64,000 nt of DNA, taken from positions 544,001 through 608,000 of the forward strand of contig CBDCJO010000001.1 of NCBI GenBank assembly GCA_965217865.1. The letters are read 5' to 3'. The notes under the pieces were generated by a model. It was not told where the DNA came from and ran no database searches. It saw only the letters and a program-made list of their open reading frames with translations. A program made the position numbers and the translations under genes. The DNA comes from Candidatus Latescibacterota bacterium (GTDB lineage: Bacteria; Latescibacterota; UBA2968; SICM01). Shown piece by piece: positions 10,698 through 20,920 of this stretch; positions within the stretch are counted from its first letter, which is position 1, and each line of letters opens with the position of its first letter.

Positions 10698-11302
10698 GTA
10701 AACCACCCCGCCCAAAGGGCGGGGCATTAACCACTCCCATCCCCAAACAGATCCAACTGTAGGGGCCCTTTCTGCTCTTGACGATGATACCGAATATATT
10801 GCTCAATCACTTCAGAAGTCACCTTGTCGCCTACGGTGCGGGCAAAATAACCATCTTCCCAGAATTCTCCACCCCATAACTCCCGTTTCACCTCTGGATG
10901 TTCTCGGAAGACCCCGCTGCCCGAAATACTCTTCAAAATGCCCACTACCTTAGAAATCGAATACCGGGGAGGAAACGACAAGAAAATATGCACATGATCT
11001 TCGGCCACTTCCATCTCTTGGATGTCAAAACCAAAATCCTCTGCTATCCGATGAAACAGCTTGCCCACATACTCTCGAAGGTCACCTCGCAAAATCCATT
11101 TCCGATACTTCGGTGCCCATACCAGATGATACTGGCTATCATAGACTGCGTGACTGGTCCGTCGGAGTCCCATCGTATGCCTCCTGAGTCGATATGAGTC
11201 TCAGTGGTCTGCACACGATAAGACAGCCTTTTAGCTTGCCTTCGGCAAGCTAAACTTTTCCTCCCCTTCCAAAGGAAGGGGTATCCAAGTCCAAATACTT
11301 TC
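10698..11302 (-). mobile_element. IS200/IS605-family element (tnpA only), complete, 605 bp
   Basis: Subterminal hairpins (TTTAGCTTGCCGAAGGCAAGCTAAA; CCCCGCCC-TTT-GGGCGGGG). Ends defined by comparison with the copy at 33410: both follow TCAT and end in GGTTTAC. Confidence 0.9.
10727..11173 (-). CDS. tnpA: IS200-type Y1 (HUH) transposase
   Basis: YHLVWAPKYR, HUH motif DHVH, KSISG, LWGGEFW, catalytic YI. Confidence 0.95.
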   Translation of the reverse strand: MGLRRTSHAVYDSQYHLVWAPKYRKWILRGDLREYVGKLFHRIAEDFGFDIQEMEVAEDHVHIFLSFPPRYSISKVVGILKSISGSGVFREHPEVKRELWGGEFWEDGYFARTVGDKVTSEVIEQYIRYHRQEQKGPLQLDLFGDGSG

Positions 11303-12922
11303 ATGAAAGAACCGATAAAAAATCAATCATGGATTCTTCTTCTGGCTCTCTTCATCTGCGCAGACCAGGGCAATTCCGATGATCCAATGCCCGATGATCC
11401 ATCCCGGGCCATCCTTTTTTTCGGGAACAGCCTCACCGCGGGTTACGGCCTCGATAAAAAGGCGGCTTTCCCCGCCCTGATCCAGGAAAAAATAGACCGT
11501 ATGAGCTGGCCTTATATTGTTGTGAATGCGGGACTGAGCGGGGAAACATCCGCGGGGGGCCTCCGGCGAATCGATTGGATGCTCAAAAAACAGTTCGAAC
11601 TTATTGTGATCGAACTCGGGGGAAACGACGGCCTCCGGGGCGTCCCGCTGGAGGAGACCCGAAAAAACCTCAACGCCATCGTTGACCGAATTATCGAACG
11701 GGGCCCGCAGGTAAAAATCGTCATCGCAGGGATGCAACTCCCCCCCAACCTGGGTTCCGATTATACAGGTGCATTCAAGTCCATATATCCGAACCTTGCG
11801 AAAAAATACAATACGCCTTTAATCCCCTTCCTGTTAAAAGGAGTTGGGGGGGACCCGAATCTCAACCTGCCTGACGGGATCCATCCCAACGCCAAAGGGC
11901 ACAAAATCGTCGCGGAGACCGTATGGGCGACCCTCAAACCGATTTTGCAATCGATTCAAGAGGCACAAGCCGAGCCCCCGCCGGAAGGAATAAAGGCTGC
12001 GGTCGAACGCGTGGCCTTTGGTTCCTGCCTCCGCCAGGACAGGCCGCAGCCTGTCTGGAAGTCGGTCCTGGAAACCGCCCCTGATGTTTTTGTCTTCCTC
12101 GGGGATAATATCTATGCCAACACGACGGACCCGGAGGTGATGCGACGAAAATATGGGTTGTTGAACGGACAAGCGGGATTCAGGACCCTCAGGAATCGCT
12201 GTCGAATTCTCGCCACCTGGGACGATAACGATTACGGATCGAACGACGGCGGTGCAAACTATCCGATGAGAGGCCTTTCGCAACGGATATTCCTGGATTT
12301 CTGGAGATGGTCCGAGGGATGGTCACATCCGGGCGTCTATCAGTCCAGGATCCTCGGTCCGCCGGGTCAGGAAGTGCAGTTCATCCTTCTTGACACACGA
12401 TATTTCAGGTCAAACCTAGTAGGGGAATCCGGCCTATATCGTCCCAACGCCGAACCAGATGCGACCGTCCTTGGCGACCTTCAGTGGAAATGGCTCGAAG
12501 AGGAATTGCGCAAACCCGCCGAAGTACGGATAATCGCCTCGAGTATTCAGGTCATACCCACAGAGCACAGATGGGAAAAATGGGCCAATTTTCCCAGAGA
12601 ACGGGAAAGGCTTTTCGGGCTTATCGCATCAACGGGAGCCAACGGAGTCGTCTTTTTAAGCGGGGACAGGCACCTTGCGGAAATCTCCCGGCTGACGACG
12701 GGTGTTCCTTACACACTGTATGAAGTGACTTCAAGCCCGTTGAACCAGAAAGGAGGGGGAAGCAGCGCGGAGCCGAACCGCTTCAGGATAAGCCAGAGCA
12801 ATTATCGAGAGGGGAATTTCGGCTTGATCACCATCGACTGGGATCGTCGGGTTCTCAAGTTGGCCATCCTTAATGAAGGTGGAGCGGAAGTGTTTTCGCA
12901 GCGTGTGCCCCTGATACATTGA
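11303..12922 (+). CDS. SGNH/GDSL arylesterase (TesA-like) fused to an alkaline phosphatase D domain
   Basis: Signal-peptide-like start; GNSLTAGYG, NAGLSGETS, ELGGNDGLRG, DGIHPN; then AFGSC, LGDNIY, TWDDNDYG, LLDTRYFR, SGDRH. Confidence 0.88.
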   Translation: MKEPIKNQSWILLLALFICADQGNSDDPMPDDPSRAILFFGNSLTAGYGLDKKAAFPALIQEKIDRMSWPYIVVNAGLSGETSAGGLRRIDWMLKKQFELIVIELGGNDGLRGVPLEETRKNLNAIVDRIIERGPQVKIVIAGMQLPPNLGSDYTGAFKSIYPNLAKKYNTPLIPFLLKGVGGDPNLNLPDGIHPNAKGHKIVAETVWATLKPILQSIQEAQAEPPPEGIKAAVERVAFGSCLRQDRPQPVWKSVLETAPDVFVFLGDNIYANTTDPEVMRRKYGLLNGQAGFRTLRNRCRILATWDDNDYGSNDGGANYPMRGLSQRIFLDFWRWSEGWSHPGVYQSRILGPPGQEVQFILLDTRYFRSNLVGESGLYRPNAEPDATVLGDLQWKWLEEELRKPAEVRIIASSIQVIPTEHRWEKWANFPRERERLFGLIASTGANGVVFLSGDRHLAEISRLTTGVPYTLYEVTSSPLNQKGGGSSAEPNRFRISQSNYREGNFGLITIDWDRRVLKLAILNEGGAEVFSQRVPLIH

Positions 12923-13017
12923 ATATTGAAGATCGGAGAATTGAATATTTTAAAAACTCAGGACTTTCATGTGCCCTTTTGAATCTCGCATTTCAATATT
13001 CTTCAATCTTCAATTTC
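12918..13017. repeat. Inverted arrays of short (about 7-nt) AT-rich repeats between convergent genes; possible bidirectional terminator
   Basis: ATTGAAT-ATTGAAG...ATTGAATATT on the left and the complementary TTCAATATT-CTTCAAT-CTTCAAT on the right. Confidence 0.5.
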
Positions 13018-13026
13018 CCCTGACCC

Positions 13027-15576
13027 TCATTCTACATTCCTCAGAACCTCCAGGGGCGGACGACTTATCACCCCATGGATATTGAGCATCCCGAGCAGGA
13101 TCGTCAACCCGATCACAAGCGTAAAAATCAGAGCAAGGGGGACGAACGGGATCGCAAATGCGATATCAAACACAAACCTCGCCAGAATCCATCCCCCCGT
13201 AAGAGCCAGTCCCATCCCGGTCAATGTCGCAAGACCACCCAGTAAAAGATACTCGAGCAGTTGAATCTGGACGATCTGACGTTGGGAGGCCCCCAGAGTG
13301 CGGAGGAGGACCGCTTCGTGAATACGCTGATAGCGGTTCGCGATCACGCACGACGCAAGAATGATGAACCCCGTAAGCGTGCTGAACAGCGCCATAAACC
13401 GAATCACGGATCCCACCCTGGATAGGATCTCGTCCGCCGTCTTCAGAATCAAACCGAGGTCCAGTGAGGAGACATTGGAGAATCTCTGAACGAGCCTCCG
13501 TTGCAGCTTTGCGGATTCTGCCTGTGAACGCACCCGCGTGGTCAACACCGAAAATTGGGGGGCCGACTCCAGGACCCCCGCCGGAAATACCACAAAAAAA
13601 TTGGGCTGCACCCGCTGCCATTCGACGTTCCGGATGCTTCCCAAAGTCGTGACGATCGGGACCCCTTGAACGTCAAAGGTCACGGTGTCCCCCAGTGTCA
13701 CCCCCAGCCTCTGTGCGGTTCTTTCCTCCATCGAGATCGGCACCGGCCCGCCCCCACCGGTCACAGACCCTGTCCACTCCCCTGCGACGATCTCCTCAGA
13801 CTCAAAAAGATGATCCCGGTAGGTCGACCGGTATTCCCGCCTTAAAGCCCATCTGGATACCCTCGAAGACTTTCGCAGTGAATCCGCGCTCTCTCCTTTC
13901 ACCGAGGCGACCCGCATCGTCACCACCGGGGACCGGTGCAGAATCGGTAGATCGTAAGATCGAACAAGGTCCACCGTCTCATCAACCTGATCGGTCTGGA
14001 TATCGAACAGGACCAGGTTAGGCCGGCCTTCACCCCCGGCGAGGGAAATCTGTCGAATCAATGAAAACTGTGAAATATAGAGTATGGCGATCAAGGAGGT
14101 CCCCAATCCCAGGGAAAGCATCATAACCAGGGTCTGGTTGTTCGGCCGGTAGAGGTTTGCCAGGGCTTGCCGCCACACGTATCTCCACGATCTGGGGAAG
14201 AATCGCCTCACGAGCTTCATCAAGAGATAGGCGACCCCCGCAAGCAGCCCAAATGCCCCCCCAAGCCCGGCGATAAGCCCCAAACCCGCTTTCCAGTGAC
14301 CCGTCTGAACAGCCCCTAAAAGACCGACAAGGAGAATGATCATCAGAAGAATTCCGATTCGGAGGGGATCTCTCGCTTTACCGGACCCTTCATAGGCCGT
14401 CCGCAAGGCGGCCAGGGGTGAGGTTCTGCGGATCGAAACCAGGGGATGCATGGCAATCATGAGGCTCAACCCAAGGCCGATCGACAATCCCTGCAAAACG
14501 GCTTTCAACGAAGGATTTACGGAAACCTCCACGGAGGGGAAGAACCCGCCCAGAACATTCGGAAGGAGTTGTTGGACAAAAAGACCCATCAAGCCCCCTC
14601 CGAGAGAACCGATCAAACCCATGGACGCCGCCTGGATCAGATAGATCGTAAAGGCCTGACGGTTCCGGGCCCCAAGGCACTTAAGGACCGAGATCGTCAC
14701 CAGTTTTCCGCGGATATAAACGTGAATACTTGCCCCAATCCCCACACATCCCAGGAGCAGCGCGACGAACCCGGTCAGACTCAGGAAATGGTCAAGGTTA
14801 TCGAGCATACGGCCCCATCTCCTTTTGCGCCGGTCTACGGTTTCGTATCTTAAATCCTGTTCGGCCAGCTGTGGCTCAATCCTCTTTAAGAGCCCCGTCA
14901 GCATCTCATCCTCAACCTTAAACAACACGCGGTAAGTTGCCCGGCTCCCGTGTTGGATGAGATCCGTCCGATCGAGGAGGGAGAGCGGGATAAAGACAAC
15001 CGGGGCGACCATCATGCCGGCCGGTCCCTCGTCCGGGACCCGGTTCAACCGCCCTGCAATCCGGAAGGTCAGGTCCCCTAAACGCGCGGAGTCCCCCACC
15101 GCAACGCCGTACTGGAGCATCAACCCTTCGTCCAGAAGGGTCTCCCCTTTCCCTTGATATCGCTCCGCGGCTTCCCGAGGTTCTGTCAGGAGCCTTCCGT
15201 AATAAGGAAACGCATCCCCCACGGCCCGTACCTGAACCAGGCGCGTCCCCCCGCCTTTGGGGAAATAGATCATCGAAACAAACCGAACTTCTCGAGATTG
15301 AAGGCCGCCGATCGAATCGATCAGGGCTTCGGTCTTCGGATTAAACGGCCGCGATTGACTCAGGACCAGGTCCGCTCCGAGAAGGGTCTTGGACTGGGCG
15401 TTCACGGCATCCTCAAGGTTCTCCTTAAATGAACGTATCGCAACAAGAGCGGCAACACCCAGAAGGATTGACGATACGAAAAGAAGCAGCCGTCCCCGAT
15501 GGGATCTGCTGTCCCGCCAAGCCATTTTCCAGACCCAAGGGTCAAAAAGAGGAGCCATGGATTTAATCGAAGTCAT
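13027..15576 (-). CDS. ABC transporter permease, FtsX/MacB type (YbbP-like)
   Basis: 849 aa, two FtsX-like TM domains, LLGADL, LKCLGA, PNLVLFDIQ, LRTLGAS. Confidence 0.9.
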   Translation of the reverse strand: MTSIKSMAPLFDPWVWKMAWRDSRSHRGRLLLFVSSILLGVAALVAIRSFKENLEDAVNAQSKTLLGADLVLSQSRPFNPKTEALIDSIGGLQSREVRFVSMIYFPKGGGTRLVQVRAVGDAFPYYGRLLTEPREAAERYQGKGETLLDEGLMLQYGVAVGDSARLGDLTFRIAGRLNRVPDEGPAGMMVAPVVFIPLSLLDRTDLIQHGSRATYRVLFKVEDEMLTGLLKRIEPQLAEQDLRYETVDRRKRRWGRMLDNLDHFLSLTGFVALLLGCVGIGASIHVYIRGKLVTISVLKCLGARNRQAFTIYLIQAASMGLIGSLGGGLMGLFVQQLLPNVLGGFFPSVEVSVNPSLKAVLQGLSIGLGLSLMIAMHPLVSIRRTSPLAALRTAYEGSGKARDPLRIGILLMIILLVGLLGAVQTGHWKAGLGLIAGLGGAFGLLAGVAYLLMKLVRRFFPRSWRYVWRQALANLYRPNNQTLVMMLSLGLGTSLIAILYISQFSLIRQISLAGGEGRPNLVLFDIQTDQVDETVDLVRSYDLPILHRSPVVTMRVASVKGESADSLRKSSRVSRWALRREYRSTYRDHLFESEEIVAGEWTGSVTGGGGPVPISMEERTAQRLGVTLGDTVTFDVQGVPIVTTLGSIRNVEWQRVQPNFFVVFPAGVLESAPQFSVLTTRVRSQAESAKLQRRLVQRFSNVSSLDLGLILKTADEILSRVGSVIRFMALFSTLTGFIILASCVIANRYQRIHEAVLLRTLGASQRQIVQIQLLEYLLLGGLATLTGMGLALTGGWILARFVFDIAFAIPFVPLALIFTLVIGLTILLGMLNIHGVISRPPLEVLRNVE

Positions 15577-15642
15577 TGATCGGCAAACCTGTTTCGGGAG
15601 AAGGACGGGAAATTGTGAAGTGGAGGGGTTAAAGGATCGGGC

Positions 15643-16335
15643 TTACCAAGATGCGGGATCCCCATGGCCATCGGACAGGACCGCGCCTCCCTTCAGTTTG
15701 ATAACCCGCTGGCTGCGACCTGCAAGCTCCAGGTTGTGGGTGGCCATGATCAGGGTGGTTCGGGCTTCGCGGTTCAATTCAAACAACAGATCCACGACCC
15801 TCTGACTCGTATCGGCATCCAGATTACCCGTCGGCTCGTCGGCGAACAAGATCTTTGGCCGGTTGACAAACGCCCGAGCGATGGCCACCCGCTGCTGTTC
15901 TCCCCCGGAGAGTTGGGCGGGATAATGCTCCAGACGCTCCCCGATGCCCACTCGTTCCAGGAGGTTCTCGGCCACGGCCCTTGAATCGCTCTTCCCGCGA
16001 AGCTCCAATGGGACCAGGACATTCTCAAGAGTCGTCAGGGTTGGAATGAGGTTGAAATTCTGAAAAACGAAGCCTACGTATAGGTTTCGTAATCTTGCCC
16101 GCTCATCCTCATTCAGTCGATCCAGACACACCCCTTGAAGGGTCACCGAGCCGGAACTGGGGCGATCGAGCCCTGCGCACAAACCCAGAAGGGTTGTCTT
16201 GCCGCTTCCAGAGGGACCCACAATCGCACAGGATTCGCCTTCAGAGAGTGAAAGGGACACATCCCTCAGGACCGTCAGCGCATGGCTCCCGCTGAAATAG
16301 GACTTTGTCAATCCGTCAACTTGAAGGGCGTGCAT
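15643..16335 (-). CDS. ABC transporter ATP-binding protein (YbbA/LolD-like)
   Basis: Walker [17 protein letters not shown] signature, ADEPTGNLD. Confidence 0.95.
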   Translation of the reverse strand: MHALQVDGLTKSYFSGSHALTVLRDVSLSLSEGESCAIVGPSGSGKTTLLGLCAGLDRPSSGSVTLQGVCLDRLNEDERARLRNLYVGFVFQNFNLIPTLTTLENVLVPLELRGKSDSRAVAENLLERVGIGERLEHYPAQLSGGEQQRVAIARAFVNRPKILFADEPTGNLDADTSQRVVDLLFELNREARTTLIMATHNLELAGRSQRVIKLKGGAVLSDGHGDPASW

Positions 16336-16380
16336 GGGCTATAGTTTCCAATTAATTGACATCCGATGTTGGATAACCAC

Positions 16381-17262
16381 CTATCTCCCCAGTTGCGTCA
16401 ACAACCTGTCCGGATAGTCCGTTAACATTCCATCAACCCCAAGATTCATCATGCGTCGTATATCGTCCAGGTCATTCATCGTCCACACGTAAACCTTCAC
16501 CTTATGTCGGTGGGAACTGCGAATAAAGTCCGGCGTGATCACGTGCAGTGGGCCGAGATACTCGGGGACCAGCATGGCTTCTGCGGGAGGCCGGTAAACA
16601 GCGCCCAGGTACAACCGGTTCAGGATGTAAAAGGTCAGTGCTTCAGTGAAACTGGCTGCTGAGGCTGTTTCTGGGCAGAGGCGCCTGAACTCGCTAATTA
16701 TCCCTGCATCCCCCGAAGCGACGATCACACCATCCGTCATACCGAAGCGGTGGATCGTCTGGCATAGCGATGGGCCGATAGCGGGGTCGGAGGATTTGAT
16801 CTCAATGTTAACGTGAACTTCCGGGAATGCCGAAAAGACTTCCGCAAGCGTGGGAACCCGAATCCCCCGACCTCGGTACGGAAAGCTTCTCCCCCCGTCA
16901 TCGCTCCATCGGTAGCCCGCATCCAGTTTCTTGAGTTCCGCCAGGGTAAATTCCTCAACCCTTCCTGTTCCGTCCGTGGTTCGATCCACCGTCCGATCGT
17001 GAAGGATGACAAGGGCCCCATCCGCGGTGCTTCGCAAATCCATATCGAGGACATCCACACCCCGATCCAGGGATCTTTTAAAGGCAAAAAGCGTGTTTTC
17101 CGGCCAGGCGCCAAGGCCGCCGCGATGCGCAAAAGTGAGGACCCTCTGGTTGGAGTGAAAAGGATGGGAAGGAACAGGCTGGACGAGGTTCCCACGAATG
17201 CCGAAGACCAGCCCCAATGACACGATAATTCCGGCAGTGACTATAAAAATAAGCTTTCGCAC
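16381..17262 (-). CDS. Glycerophosphodiester phosphodiesterase
   Basis: AHRG, PENT, DMD, HD, NIEIK, VWTMN, GVDGMLTDYP; N-terminal TM/signal segment. Confidence 0.93.
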   Translation of the reverse strand: MRKLIFIVTAGIIVSLGLVFGIRGNLVQPVPSHPFHSNQRVLTFAHRGGLGAWPENTLFAFKRSLDRGVDVLDMDLRSTADGALVILHDRTVDRTTDGTGRVEEFTLAELKKLDAGYRWSDDGGRSFPYRGRGIRVPTLAEVFSAFPEVHVNIEIKSSDPAIGPSLCQTIHRFGMTDGVIVASGDAGIISEFRRLCPETASAASFTEALTFYILNRLYLGAVYRPPAEAMLVPEYLGPLHVITPDFIRSSHRHKVKVYVWTMNDLDDIRRMMNLGVDGMLTDYPDRLLTQLGR

Positions 17263-17558
17263 AGCACCGACATCGTGAAGATTAAACCCGAGATGATTGG
17301 TTCCTCTGGATGTGTGCAGATTTTATCGTCCTATCGCAGACCTCGCTTCGCTCGCGCGAACCCAGCTCGCTTATCGGGGGGAGGACGGAGGAACCTGTCA
17401 AGGGAAGGAAGGCACCTTGTTTCTTCCAGAAGGGAGAAATTTACCCTTGCGAGAGTTAAAAAACCGGGCTACATTCTCAACATCCTGGAAACACAGGTGA
17501 TCCGGTTGATCGGTTCTCATCGCAATAACCTGCTTTGCAAGTTTGCGGAGGTCTGCCA

Positions 17559-17816
17559 TTGAAGGTCGAAGTCCGCATGTTCGCTTACTTCGACAAATAC
17601 CTGCCCCCCCATGCCGATGGGCGAAAAGCCACGGTGGAACTCCCCGAATCCGCCAACGTGGAAACCCTCGTTTCGCATCTCGGAATCGCAGAGGATGAGA
17701 TGGAGGGGGATTACATGCCCTACGTCGTCATCATCAACGGCGAACACACGGCATGCGATGCCCCCCTGAATGACGGCGATCAAGTCAGCCTTTTCCCCCC
17801 CTTACCCGGGGGTTGA
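17559..17816 (+). CDS. MoaD/ThiS family sulfur carrier (beta-grasp)
   Basis: TTG start after GGAGG; ends LNDGDQVSLFPPLPGG with C-terminal GG. Confidence 0.88.
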   Translation: MKVEVRMFAYFDKYLPPHADGRKATVELPESANVETLVSHLGIAEDEMEGDYMPYVVIINGEHTACDAPLNDGDQVSLFPPLPGG

Positions 17817-17875
17817 ATCCCTTGACACCCGGCCTGCGATCCGATAAATTTTGAATTCCTCAATTCGCAGCTCGC

Positions 17876-18817
17876 ATGAACCTGTTGGAAAAGGAGCGCA
17901 CCATGCAAGACTCGATTTATCGACACGCAAAGGTGGGACTCGTTCATTTCATGGCCTATAAACAGACCATGGGCGGTGAGGGTCCTATCATAGAGACCCT
18001 CTCGGGATTGGCGACAGACCCTTATTTCGAAGTCGTCGAGATAACCACGATCGCGGACGAAGCCGTCCGCACGCAAGCGAGGGATCTGCTTGAATCAGCC
18101 CACGTTGAGGTTGCCTTCGGGGGGCAGCCGATCCTCCTGAGAAATAAGCTCAATCTCAACGACGAAGACGCCGTGGGCCGAAAAGCCGCTGTAGACGCGA
18201 TGATTGCCGCACTGGAGGAAGCTGAGTTTATCGGAGCACCCGGAATCGGACTTTTGAGCGGAGTCGATCCCGGGGAGTCCGGACGGGAAAAGGGTGTAGA
18301 CCTTCTGGTGGACTCCCTTGGACAGATCTGCGCGGATGCATCGGGCCGAAATATGCGGGTGGTGTTGGAGACGTTCGATCGCCTCCCTTACGGAAAGAAC
18401 TGCCTTGTCGGACCCAATTCGCTGGCCGTAGAGGTATCGGAGCGAGTCCGGGCGGACCATCCGAACTTCGGTTTGATGCTGGACCTGAGCCACCTCCCGC
18501 TGCAGGGGGAGACTCCGAGGGATGCCCTGCCCCTGGCCAAAGACCATCTCGTCCACGCGCACATCGGAAACTGCGTAATGCGGAACCCGGACCACCCTGC
18601 CTATGGAGACAATCATCCGAGGTTCGGTTGCCGGGACGGCGAAAACGACATCCCTGAACTCGTGGAATTCTTAAGAATCCTTAAGGACATCGGCTATCTG
18701 AATCCTGACGACAGGAAAATCCTGAGCTTCGAAGTGGCCCCCATGGATGGCGAAAGCTCAGAAGTCGTCATCGCCAACTCCAAACGGACCTTGAACGCGG
18801 CATGGGCCCGGGTGTAG
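17876..18817 (+). CDS. Sugar phosphate isomerase/epimerase (xylose-isomerase-like TIM barrel)
   Basis: Metal-ligand motifs VLETFD, LDLSH, HAHIGN, SFEV. Confidence 0.85.
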   Translation: MNLLEKERTMQDSIYRHAKVGLVHFMAYKQTMGGEGPIIETLSGLATDPYFEVVEITTIADEAVRTQARDLLESAHVEVAFGGQPILLRNKLNLNDEDAVGRKAAVDAMIAALEEAEFIGAPGIGLLSGVDPGESGREKGVDLLVDSLGQICADASGRNMRVVLETFDRLPYGKNCLVGPNSLAVEVSERVRADHPNFGLMLDLSHLPLQGETPRDALPLAKDHLVHAHIGNCVMRNPDHPAYGDNHPRFGCRDGENDIPELVEFLRILKDIGYLNPDDRKILSFEVAPMDGESSEVVIANSKRTLNAAWARV

Positions 18818-18907
18818 GACAGAATAAGACGGATTGAAAAGTTTGGGATAGGAGAAGGAGGAAAGTGAGGGGGAAGTAGGGAGGTCGGTGGAACTTGGCA
18901 TTAGTCG

Positions 18908-18940
18908 AATCCGGGCACCAGCCGTGCCCGGATTTTTATT
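18908..18940 (+). terminator. Intrinsic terminator
   Basis: AATCCGGGCAC-loop-GTGCCCGGATT followed by a T-rich tract. Confidence 0.8.
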
Positions 18941-18978
18941 TACCTTGAGGATATTCAGCTTCAACCTGGCGATCATGC

Positions 18979-20529
18979 CTAATCCGCATTCACGACGGCT
19001 TTCTCCGTTTGCGAATGTAAAAAGGCATTGTGATCGTAATCGAGGGCTCCTTTCGGGAGCCACTCCCAGAAAGGCCCCAAGTCCACCCGAATCTTATCCA
19101 GGAAAAACCGAGGGAGTTGGGTTGTTTCCTGTTCGAAAAAGTCTCGGAACGGCTTATCGACATCCAGCCGGCGACGGATTTCAGAATAATATTTGATCCG
19201 GCCGACACCCTGGTTGGATCTCGCTCGTAAAACGTTCATCCATCTCCAATTTGTGGGTTGCATTCCTTTGTATCGACGTACGATCGATCGCCACGAAAAA
19301 GTGTACTTGTTTATATCAATCATGTGTTCAAAGAACTGTGACCAGGTATAGTTCTTGGGCTTGACGTTCATCGCCTCCTGCGTGTTCAGAAAATGAAACG
19401 GAAAGGGGAGAACCCGATTTTCCCGTTGATATTCGAGGTTAAGCGGGGCGGACTCCCCGAAAGCGGAAAGTAAACAAAAGGCAGGATAGGCCCCGGGTGC
19501 AAGGTCTACGAATAGCTTGGTTGCTTCAAACGGTTCCGGTCCGTCGTCGACATCCAGCCCGTGGACAAAGTTCGCTTGAAGATACGGGATGTAGCTCATC
19601 ACCATATTGATATGATCCGAGACCAGACGTACTTTTTCCATCCCGACCCTTTTTCCGGTCTTCGATTTATTCCCCATGTCAAACCAGGACTCGATCCCCG
19701 GCATCATGACTTTGAAGCCGATTTTCTTGAGCCGCTTCAAACGGGCCTCTGAAAGCAGGGAGAGGCTGCTTTCCCCGTAATAATCGATGCTGCCCGGAGG
19801 AACGGCTTCCTCGATCGCGTCGATGCATTCATCGAACCGGACGCCGAAGTTTGGATCGTGCCAGCTAACGCGTGGGTGTTCGAACTTTGTCAAAAGAAAG
19901 CGCAGATCCTCTTTGATCACGTCGAATTCGAGCTGCTGGTAGGGAATGACCGAATCCGTACAGAAGCTGCAGGTATAGGGACAACCCAAGCTGCCGATCA
20001 TCGGGACCATCTTAAGCATGGGCGCTTTTTTCAAAGTCGGTTCGATAAAATTCCAGCGCTCTTTTACGCCCGGAAGCTCGAGGGGCTGCTTCTCCGCAGA
20101 TACTTGGAGCCCGAACGGCCGGTGTGGAGAACAATCCTCCAGGACATCCCGGATAACGGTTTTATCGGTGAATCCGAAGACATAGTCGAAATATTTTGAG
20201 GCATCACCCGGAAAACCCCGGGCGTGGGGGCCGCCGATTGCCGTAACCGCACCTCGCGATTGGAACAGATTGCTCAGGGCATAGGCCAGCTGCGCCGTAT
20301 GGGAATACGCGCCGATAAAGACAAGATCGACGTCGTCAGGAATTTCATTGATCAGGTCCTCAAACCCCGTAAAACACACAAACCTGACATCGTGGCCATC
20401 TTGTTCGCACCACGCGCCGATTACCTGGGGCATGATGCTCGTGAGGTTTGGATGCATGACCCGAGCCCACAATGTGGTGGCGGGGGCTTTCGTAACCAGG
20501 TCGATAATTCCGACACGCAGCTTTTTCAT
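18979..20529 (-). CDS. B12-binding radical SAM protein
   Basis: N-terminal B12-binding region (IGGPHA), CxxxCxxC motif GCPYTCSFC, GIES. Confidence 0.88.
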   Translation of the reverse strand: MKKLRVGIIDLVTKAPATTLWARVMHPNLTSIMPQVIGAWCEQDGHDVRFVCFTGFEDLINEIPDDVDLVFIGAYSHTAQLAYALSNLFQSRGAVTAIGGPHARGFPGDASKYFDYVFGFTDKTVIRDVLEDCSPHRPFGLQVSAEKQPLELPGVKERWNFIEPTLKKAPMLKMVPMIGSLGCPYTCSFCTDSVIPYQQLEFDVIKEDLRFLLTKFEHPRVSWHDPNFGVRFDECIDAIEEAVPPGSIDYYGESSLSLLSEARLKRLKKIGFKVMMPGIESWFDMGNKSKTGKRVGMEKVRLVSDHINMVMSYIPYLQANFVHGLDVDDGPEPFEATKLFVDLAPGAYPAFCLLSAFGESAPLNLEYQRENRVLPFPFHFLNTQEAMNVKPKNYTWSQFFEHMIDINKYTFSWRSIVRRYKGMQPTNWRWMNVLRARSNQGVGRIKYYSEIRRRLDVDKPFRDFFEQETTQLPRFFLDKIRVDLGPFWEWLPKGALDYDHNAFLHSQTEKAVVNAD

Positions 20530-20733
20530 TCTACCTCACACGATAAAGTGTTAGCTTACACCCCCGTCTCGATCTGGAAAGACCGTTTACTGAGGTCGAT
20601 CTCCTCAGAACAGATGTTGCAGGATTATTTAATCAGGATCGGGCCTCTTTGGCGGAAGTTTCTGGCAGGGAATATGGCTTCCGACAACGGAGAGTTCTCT
20701 GAATGCTGAGCATAGGATATGCAAACAGCAGAG

Positions 20734-20765
20734 AAAAACTCCGGGGGGGACAATCCACCGGAGTC
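20734..20765 (-). terminator. Intrinsic terminator downstream of rpsU and the putative ncRNA
   Basis: Minus strand ACTCCGG...CCGGAGT followed by TTTTT. Confidence 0.75.
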
Positions 20766-20769
20766 ACGC

Positions 20770-20920
20770 GAGGGGTGTGCTATGCGGCGGGAAGGTGAGA
20801 TCTAAATACGTTGCGTTATCCTGTGGTGCTTGAGGGTTAACGCCAACCAATGGGAGCGCCCCCACGACAAACGCGCTTGAATAGCCTAACACCACTCCCT
20901 CCCGCGAACGAACGCTTTGA
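20770..20920 (-). ncRNA. Putative structured ncRNA (rod-shaped with central bubble, 6S-like)
   Basis: ORF-free region; nested minus-strand pairings GCGGGAGG/CCTTCCCGC, GCGTTTGTC/GATAACGC, GTGG/CCAC; terminator directly downstream. Family identity not verified. Confidence 0.35.

Noticed and set aside
10698-11302. TnpB/omega-RNA system
   Set aside because: The element is 605 bp with tnpA only; the right-end hairpin follows the stop codon directly.
17295-17400. Riboswitch upstream of the MoaD-like gene
   Set aside because: A hairpin is present (GGTTCCTC/GAGGAACC) but no Moco, TPP or other aptamer consensus was recognised.
17559-17816. MoaD/ThiS as the modifier for the ThiF/E1 operon
   Set aside because: It lies 17 kb away in core DNA, and the operon has its own Ubl.
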